From positions 1 to 64,000 of the forward strand of contig JBQTGV010000005.1 in assembly GCA_052390515.1 (NCBI GenBank): a DNA stretch of 64,000 nt. The letters are read 5' to 3'. Under the pieces are notes generated by a model. It had not been told where the DNA came from. It did no database searches and worked only from the letters and a program-made list of their open reading frames with translations. This stretch comes from Candidatus Eiseniibacteriota bacterium. GTDB lineage: Bacteria > ARS69. Positions 58,253-64,000 of this stretch are shown here, one piece after another. Each line of letters opens with the position of its first letter. Within the stretch, counting starts at the first letter, position 1. Made by a program: the position numbers and the translations under genes.

Positions 58253-59313
58253 CCTCCGCCCGCCTCTCCAGGGGTCTCCTGACTGGCGCGACGCTGCTCT
58301 TGCTCGCCGGCGAAGCGGACGCGGACGCCCCGCATCCCACGCTCCGCGGGGTGCGGCCGCTGGGCATGGGCGGCGCGTTCCTCGCCGTGGCGGACGACCG
58401 CAACGCGCTGCACGACAATCCCGCGGGCCTCGCGCGCCTCATGCGGACGACCATCTCCGGGCTCGGCGTGCACGGCGCGATCGACGACGAGTTCCTCTCC
58501 GTCGTGGACTTCATCCAGGAGCACGAGGAGCAGTTCTCGGACTTCTCCACGGTGGACGCGGCGTTCCTGGACGAGCTGGAGCCGTACGACGACCGCTGGG
58601 TCTCGGCCGACGCCGGCGCGTACGCGGACCTGACCCGTCCCGGATTCGGCATCGGCGTGTTCTCGACCGGCCGCGCGCAGATCAAGGTCGATCGCGGCGT
58701 GTACGAGCCGCGCGTGCACGCCGACGTGCTGGACGACATCGTCGCGGTGGTCGGCGGTGCGATGGATCTCGGCCGCGGCGACCTCGCCGTCGGCGGAACC
58801 TTGAAGACGATCTGGCGAAGGCAGTTCAGCCGCGTCCTCACCGCGCGCGAAGTGGCCGACTTCCGGGCGGACGATCTCGTGGAGCGGCTCGAAGGAGCCG
58901 ACGCGGGCTTCGCCATGGATCTGGGCGCTTTGTGGTCGCCGCTCGACTCGCCGTTCAGCGCGGCCGCGGTCCTGCGCGACGCCGCCGGACGCGTGGCCGG
59001 CGAAAGCCTCGGTCCGGCGTTCGACGTCGGCGCGGCCTGGCACGTTCGCCCGCGGCTCGTTCTCGCCGCCGACCTCCGCGACACGTTCGAGAGCGAGACC
59101 GCGTTCGGCACGAAAGTCCACGTCGGAGCGGAGCTGAGGTTCCCCGTCGTCACGCTCCGGGCCGGCGCGAACCAGGGCTACTCCACGATCGGCGCGAGCC
59201 TCGCCCTCCCCGTGCTCTCGATGGACTACGCGTTCTACGGCCGCGAGCTCGGGCATCTCCCCGGCGCGGACGGACAGTATCTCCATGCGGTGGAGGCAAG
59301 GCTCGGCTTCTAG
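58249..59313 (+). CDS. FadL/PorV/TraF_2-like outer-membrane beta-barrel
   Basis: GVRPLGMGGAFLAVADD.NAL..NPAGLA start; LRAGANQGY; terminal ARLGF; ATGA-coupled to the lipoprotein. Confidence 0.8.
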   Translation: MTSARLSRGLLTGATLLLLAGEADADAPHPTLRGVRPLGMGGAFLAVADDRNALHDNPAGLARLMRTTISGLGVHGAIDDEFLSVVDFIQEHEEQFSDFSTVDAAFLDELEPYDDRWVSADAGAYADLTRPGFGIGVFSTGRAQIKVDRGVYEPRVHADVLDDIVAVVGGAMDLGRGDLAVGGTLKTIWRRQFSRVLTAREVADFRADDLVERLEGADAGFAMDLGALWSPLDSPFSAAAVLRDAAGRVAGESLGPAFDVGAAWHVRPRLVLAADLRDTFESETAFGTKVHVGAELRFPVVTLRAGANQGYSTIGASLALPVLSMDYAFYGRELGHLPGADGQYLHAVEARLGF

Positions 59314-59373
59314 GGCCCGGGTTCTAAAGGTCACGCTCCCGGAGGCCGATCCGCCCCACGAGGACCCCGCGGC

Positions 59374-59403
59374 TTGACACTGCGCGGGGGATTTCGCTAG
59401 TTT
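59374..59403 (+). promoter_or_regulatory. Sigma70 promoter
   Basis: TTGACA-N18-TAGTTT upstream of the AGGAGG RBS of bactofilin. Confidence 0.6.
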
Positions 59404-59443
59404 CACCGACCTTCCCCTCGCCCGAGAAGTCCAGGAGGCTCTC

Positions 59444-59899
59444 ATGATCGGCAAGAAGCCGGGGCTCGGTCCCGACAACGGCGAAGCGACATCCGTCATC
59501 GGAGAGAACTCCGCCTTCCAGGGAACGCTCGAAGTCGACGGAAACCTGCGCGTGGACGGCAAGTTCAGCGGCACGTTGCGCATCACCGAGACGGTCCACG
59601 TCGGCAAGAACGGATTCGTGGACGCGGAAGTGCACACGCGCAGCGCCGTAGTGGCGGGCACCATCAAGGGAAACCTGCACGCCTCCGAGAAGATCACGCT
59701 GCAGAGCGGATCGCGGCTCGAAGGCGAGATGGTGACGGCGCGCCTCGTGATCGAGGAAGGTGTCTCCTTCCAGGGCAGCTGCAACACGGCCAAGGGCGCG
59801 GCGACCGGTCCCGCGCGGAAGTCGGACACTTCCCGCGACGAGGCCAAGACGGTGCAGGACAAGATCGAGCAGGTCGCCGAGGCGCTCTCCAAGAAGTAG
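59444..59899 (+). CDS. Bactofilin (polymer-forming cytoskeletal protein)
   Basis: SVIG....G.L...G.LRVDG.F.G, VGKNG.V, LVIEEG..F.G.C. Confidence 0.93.
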   Translation: MIGKKPGLGPDNGEATSVIGENSAFQGTLEVDGNLRVDGKFSGTLRITETVHVGKNGFVDAEVHTRSAVVAGTIKGNLHASEKITLQSGSRLEGEMVTARLVIEEGVSFQGSCNTAKGAATGPARKSDTSRDEAKTVQDKIEQVAEALSKK

Positions 59900-59995
59900 T
59901 CGGCGGCGGCATCGGATCGTGGCCGAGGCCCCGGAGTCTGCTAGACTCCGGGGCTTTCGATTGGAGCCTCGACGAGCCGCGGGGACGGACACGGA

Positions 59996-62437
59996 ATGAC
60001 CCACGACGACTCCAGCCGCGATCTGACGCTCGACTCGCGATCGATCCCGCCACCGCAGCGTAATCTGCCGTCCGGGATCGGTGGCTACCGGATCCTCGGC
60101 ATCCTCGGCGAAGGCGGCATGGGAATCGTCTACGAGGCCGAGCAGCCTTCCCCGCGCCGGCGGGTCGCCCTGAAGGTCGTGCGCGGCACCGAACTCGTCG
60201 ACGAGCTGCGCCTCAAGATGTTCGAGCGGGAGGCAGCCACGCTCGGCCGGCTGGACCACCGGAACATCGCCAGCATCTACGAGTCCGGCCGCACGCCGGA
60301 GGGGCGCCACTTCTTCGCGATGGAGCTGGTCCGTGGACCGAGCCTCGCCACCTGGCTGGCCGGCCGCACGGCGGCCCCCGATCGCGCCGAGCTCGAGCTG
60401 CGCTTGCACCTCTTCCGGCAGATCTGCGATGCGGTGCACTACGCCCACCAGCGCGGCGTGATCCACCGCGATCTCAAGCCCTCCAACGTCATCGTCACCG
60501 AGGCGCCGCAGTCCGGCACGGGGTCCGGCGCCCTGTCCTCGATGGCGAAGATCCTGGACTTCGGGCTCGCGCGCATCACCGAGGAGGACGTCGCGGCGAC
60601 GCAGATCACCGAGGTCGGCGCCATCAAAGGGACGCTCGCCTACATGGCGCCGGAGCAGGCGCGCGGGGAGGTCGCCGCGATCGACGTGCGCACCGACGTC
60701 TACGCGCTCGGCGTCTTGCTGTACGAGCTTCTGACCCGCGAACGGCCCTACAACGTCGACACGGGATCCCTGCTCTCGGCCGTCGGAGTCATCTGCGAGC
60801 ACCCGCCTCGCCCGCTCTCGGCGGTCTGGAAATCGACGACGCGCCTCGATCCGGACCTCGCGACGATCGTCGCGACGGCACGGGAGGAGGAGCCGGATCG
60901 GCGCTACGCGAGCGCCGCGGCGTTCGCCGAGGACGTCGGCCGCTTCCTCGAGTCCGAGCCGATCCTGGCCCGTCCCGCCAGCACGATGTATCAGCTGAGC
61001 AAGCTGGTCGCGCGGCAGAAGCCGCTCTTCGCCACCGCGGCAGCGGCTCTCGTGCTGCTCGTCGCGGCCGCCGTCGGCGTGAGCATCCTGTACGTGCGCT
61101 CCGAGGCCAACCTGGCACGCGCGCTGGAAGCGGAGCAGGCCGCGCGCCGCGAGGCCGAGACCGCGGAGCGGACATCGACCTTCCTCGTCGATCTCTTCGA
61201 CCGGGCGAATCCCGAGCGGTCCCGCGGGGCGACCGTGACCGCCCGCGAGGTCATGGACGAGGGCGCCCGGCGGATCGCCGGAGATCTCGCCGGAGAGCCG
61301 GTCATGCAAGCGCGCCTGCTTTACACGATCGGTCAGGTCTACCTCAGCCTCGGTCTCTACGACGACGCGCGCCGCCTGATCGAGCAGTCCCTCGCGCTGC
61401 GTCGCGAGCACGTTCCCGCCGGCGATCTCGACATCGCCGCGAGCACGCACCAGCTGGCCCGAGTGCTCGAGGCCCAGGGCGATCCGAAGGCGGCGCGGGC
61501 CGCCTTCGACGAAGCCGCGGGGCTCTACGAGCGGAACGGGGCGAAGGGGACCGACGGCCTGATCGACCTCCTCGGTAACCTCGGCTGGATGCTCGGCCAG
61601 AACGGAGATTTCGCCGCGGCGAACGAGATGCTGGACCGGGCCATGGCGCTGGCCGAGGCGAAGCAGCCGCCGGACGAGGAGCGCATCCTCGATCTGCTCA
61701 ACAACCGCTCGACGACTCTCATGGATGAAGGCGCGCCGGATTCGGCGCTCGTGGTCCTGGATCGCGCGCTGGCCCTGTCGCGCCGACTTCACGGAGACGG
61801 CGACCGGGACATGGCCAGCATCCTCACGAACATGGGCGTGGCGCACTCCATGGCCGGCCGCTTCGACGAGGCCGCGAGGAAGTCGCTCGCCGCGCTCGGC
61901 ATCTACCAGAGCCTGCACGGGGACGCTCACCCGCTCGTGGCGAAGGAGATGGCGAACCTCGGTATCTCGCTCGCTCAGCAGGGACGGCGAGACGAAGCCC
62001 GCCCGTACTTGGAAGGCGCGCTCGAAGCGCTCGAACGCATCCACGGTCCCGAGCACCCGGCCGTCGCGCAAGGGTGGATGAACCTCGGACTGCTCGAGCT
62101 CGAGTCGGGGAACGCCCGCAAGGCGATCGTCCACCTGCAGCGAGCGGCCGAAGTGCACGAGCGCGCCACCGGGCTGGAAACGCCGTCGCTGTCGACGTCG
62201 CTCTATCATCTGGCGACCGCACGCGGTGCCGTCGGAGAGATCGCGGAGGCACGGCGCCTCCTGCTGCGCGTCATCACGATCGACGAGAAGATCTTCGGGC
62301 CAGCGTCCGGCGAAGTGGCGGACGACCTGGAGGCGCTGTCGAGCCTGCAGCGCGAGGCCGGCGACGGAGCCGAAGCCGACCGGACCGAGGCCAGGATGCG
62401 GGCCATCCGGGAGAAGCTGGCGGGCGCCGGCAGCTGA
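59996..62437 (+). CDS. Hanks-type Ser/Thr protein kinase with TM helix and TPR repeats
   Basis: LGEGGMGIVY, VALK, HRDLKPSN, KILDFG, GTLAYMAPE, DVYALG; C-terminal kinesin-light-chain-type TPRs. Confidence 0.95.
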   Translation: MTHDDSSRDLTLDSRSIPPPQRNLPSGIGGYRILGILGEGGMGIVYEAEQPSPRRRVALKVVRGTELVDELRLKMFEREAATLGRLDHRNIASIYESGRTPEGRHFFAMELVRGPSLATWLAGRTAAPDRAELELRLHLFRQICDAVHYAHQRGVIHRDLKPSNVIVTEAPQSGTGSGALSSMAKILDFGLARITEEDVAATQITEVGAIKGTLAYMAPEQARGEVAAIDVRTDVYALGVLLYELLTRERPYNVDTGSLLSAVGVICEHPPRPLSAVWKSTTRLDPDLATIVATAREEEPDRRYASAAAFAEDVGRFLESEPILARPASTMYQLSKLVARQKPLFATAAAALVLLVAAAVGVSILYVRSEANLARALEAEQAARREAETAERTSTFLVDLFDRANPERSRGATVTAREVMDEGARRIAGDLAGEPVMQARLLYTIGQVYLSLGLYDDARRLIEQSLALRREHVPAGDLDIAASTHQLARVLEAQGDPKAARAAFDEAAGLYERNGAKGTDGLIDLLGNLGWMLGQNGDFAAANEMLDRAMALAEAKQPPDEERILDLLNNRSTTLMDEGAPDSALVVLDRALALSRRLHGDGDRDMASILTNMGVAHSMAGRFDEAARKSLAALGIYQSLHGDAHPLVAKEMANLGISLAQQGRRDEARPYLEGALEALERIHGPEHPAVAQGWMNLGLLELESGNARKAIVHLQRAAEVHERATGLETPSLSTSLYHLATARGAVGEIAEARRLLLRVITIDEKIFGPASGEVADDLEALSSLQREAGDGAEADRTEARMRAIREKLAGAGS

Positions 62438-62438
62438 G

Positions 62439-63320
62439 ATGGACTCCCTCTTCCTCGTCAACCCACGCGCCGGCCGCGGCCGCGGCGAGCGCATCGCGCG
62501 GGAGCTGCCGGCGCTGCTGGCCGCGCGCGGTGCGCGGGCCGACGTGCGCATCACCGAAGCGCCCCGCGACGCGGTCCGGCTCGCCCGGGAGGCTGCCGCG
62601 GCCGGCGCATCGCTCGTCGTCGCCGTAGGCGGGGACGGCACCGCGCACGAGGTCGTCAACGGGATCGCCGGCTCGCGCGCGACCTTCGCTCTGATCCCGG
62701 TCGGCAGCGGCAACGACCTGGCGCTGGCGCTCGGCATCCCGTCCGAGCTCGATGCGGCCCTCGACGTCGCGCTCTCCGGCGCCGAGAAGGCGATCGATCT
62801 CGCGCGCTTCGACGACGCCTGGTTCGCGAACAGCCTGGGGCTGGGCTTCGAGGCGCAGGTCACGATCGAGAGCCGCTCGATCACCTGGCTCCGCGGCTTC
62901 GCCATCTATCTCGCCGCCGTACTCCGCGCGCTCGCGCGCCTGCGCTGCCCGCAGCTCGTGATCCGGGCGGACGACCGCGTCCTCGAGGGGCGAAGGCTCC
63001 TCGTGTGCGTCGGCAACGGTCCGCGCGTCGGCGGCGGCTTCTACCTCACTCCCGACGCCGTGAACGACGACGGGCTGCTCGACCTGTGCATCGTCGAAGG
63101 CATGGGCCGCTGGCGGGTCCTGCGCACCTTACCCAAGGCCATCCGGGGCGCGCACGTCGGCGATCCGCGCATCACCATGCTCCGCGCCCGCTCGATCGAG
63201 ATCGAGTCCGACGAAGGGTTCCCGTTCCACGCCGACGGCGAGGTCATCGACGCCGCCTGCCGGCGCCTCTCCGTGCGCGTCGTCCCTCGAGCGCTGACGG
63301 TCCGCGTGCCTCGCGCCTGA
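62439..63320 (+). CDS. Diacylglycerol/lipid kinase family (YegS/DgkB-like)
   Basis: NPRAG, GGDGTAHEVVNG, PVGSGNDLA, DDGLLD, ADGE. Confidence 0.93.
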   Translation: MDSLFLVNPRAGRGRGERIARELPALLAARGARADVRITEAPRDAVRLAREAAAAGASLVVAVGGDGTAHEVVNGIAGSRATFALIPVGSGNDLALALGIPSELDAALDVALSGAEKAIDLARFDDAWFANSLGLGFEAQVTIESRSITWLRGFAIYLAAVLRALARLRCPQLVIRADDRVLEGRRLLVCVGNGPRVGGGFYLTPDAVNDDGLLDLCIVEGMGRWRVLRTLPKAIRGAHVGDPRITMLRARSIEIESDEGFPFHADGEVIDAACRRLSVRVVPRALTVRVPRA

Positions 63321-63321
63321 A

Positions 63322-64000
63322 TCAGAACGCGAACTGCGTCCGCGCGAAGATCGCCCTCTCCGTCTCACGGTCCTCGCCGTTGGCCGCGCCGCCTTCGAAC
63401 TCCGTCCGCACGTAGTCCGCGACGAGCTTCACGTTCCGGCTCAGCGTCCAGGTGACCCCTGCGCCCCACGCCTTCGCCCCTTCCACGGACGAAGCCGGAT
63501 TCGCGAGGATCGGGAACGCGTTGTCGCCGACGGTGAGCTTCTGATACCTCGCGTCCAGCTCCACCGCGCCCCACTGACCCTGGGAGGAATCGTACGGTCG
63601 CTTGGGGGACACACCCTTCGGCGCAGCCTCGTCCGCGGTGAGCAGCACGACGCCGGTGACCTGCCACGCGCTGACCTCGTGCTCGATCGTGTCGACGTCG
63701 AGCGTGATCTCCTGAGTGGACTCCACCCACTCGCCGAGCACGCCGAGCCGGCGCCAGAACCACTGTCCCTGCGGTGAGAGGCGGGTGTGCTTGCCGTCGG
63801 CGAAGGCGGTCGTCGTCGCGGCGGTCGTCCCGGACCCGACGCGGTAGGCGAAGATCGTCGACTGCCCTTCGGAGCGGATCGACCCGAGGCCGGTGCTCGC
63901 CGGCGATCCCTCGGGGCGGCTCACGCTCGCCGCGACGGCGAAGGAGAGCCCGCGCAGGTCGGGCGACGTCGACTTCTTGAACGGCGTGGCCAAGATCCGG
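63322..64000 (-). CDS. Phosphate-selective porin OprO/OprP family, C-terminal part (5' end outside window)
   Basis: RLSPQG.W..G.LGEW, WGAVELDARY, AWGAGVTW.L..NVKL, terminal RTQFAF. Confidence 0.8.
   Translation of the reverse strand, partial: RILATPFKKSTSPDLRGLSFAVAASVSRPEGSPASTGLGSIRSEGQSTIFAYRVGSGTTAATTTAFADGKHTRLSPQGQWFWRRLGVLGEWVESTQEITLDVDTIEHEVSAWQVTGVVLLTADEAAPKGVSPKRPYDSSQGQWGAVELDARYQKLTVGDNAFPILANPASSVEGAKAWGAGVTWTLSRNVKLVADYVRTEFEGGAANGEDRETERAIFARTQFAF

Noticed and set aside
58249-59313. TraF-like barrel as evidence of a conjugative element
   Set aside because: No relaxase, T4SS or other tra genes; the similarity reflects the generic FadL/PorV-like barrel family.
59324-62905. 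1193-aa minus-strand ORF
   Set aside because: Antisense shadow of the bactofilin and kinase genes.
1-64000. CRISPR arrays, tRNA/rRNA genes, IS elements, prophage genes
   Set aside because: None recognised by eye: no regularly spaced repeats, no tRNA T-loop in cloverleaf context, no transposase or integrase motifs. A covariance-model scan would be needed to exclude small RNAs formally.

Overview
High-GC bacterial chromosomal window with about 52 densely packed genes. I saw no rRNA, tRNA, CRISPR array, integrase or transposase. Three secreted proteins carry FlgD-Ig/T9SS-like C-terminal domains and one ends in a 'SWGxIK..YR' tail, which suggests an FCB-related candidate lineage such as Eisenbacteria/Latescibacterota (inference). 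Content: transport and membrane genes (TMEM175, MFS, KimA-like APC, MscL, porins), an ABC ATPase with a permease-M1 peptidase fusion, YcaQ glycosylase, YciI-ECF42 sigma with its own promoter, glycan-modification genes, cca, a tatA-moaC-mog-cobB-glycosyltransferase operon, bactofilin, a Ser/Thr kinase and a lipid kinase. Main highlights: (1) a lower-GC three-gene operon of secreted proteins whose ~1450-aa M6-like metalloprotease is out of frame because a perfect (CTCA)7 tract sits directly after the RBS-supported ATG, a candidate slipped-strand phase-variation switch; (2) a candidate sigma54-dependent ~140-nt structured sRNA with IHF-like site and terminator in the 33570-34035 gap; (3) a pentaheme cytochrome c with a T9SS-like sorting domain; (4) a di-heme oxidoreductase + porin operon with a DtxR/MntR-like palindrome over its promoter. 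Two other broken genes suggest local sequence errors, which tempers all frameshift-based claims. Product calls come from motif recognition only; no database searches were run.
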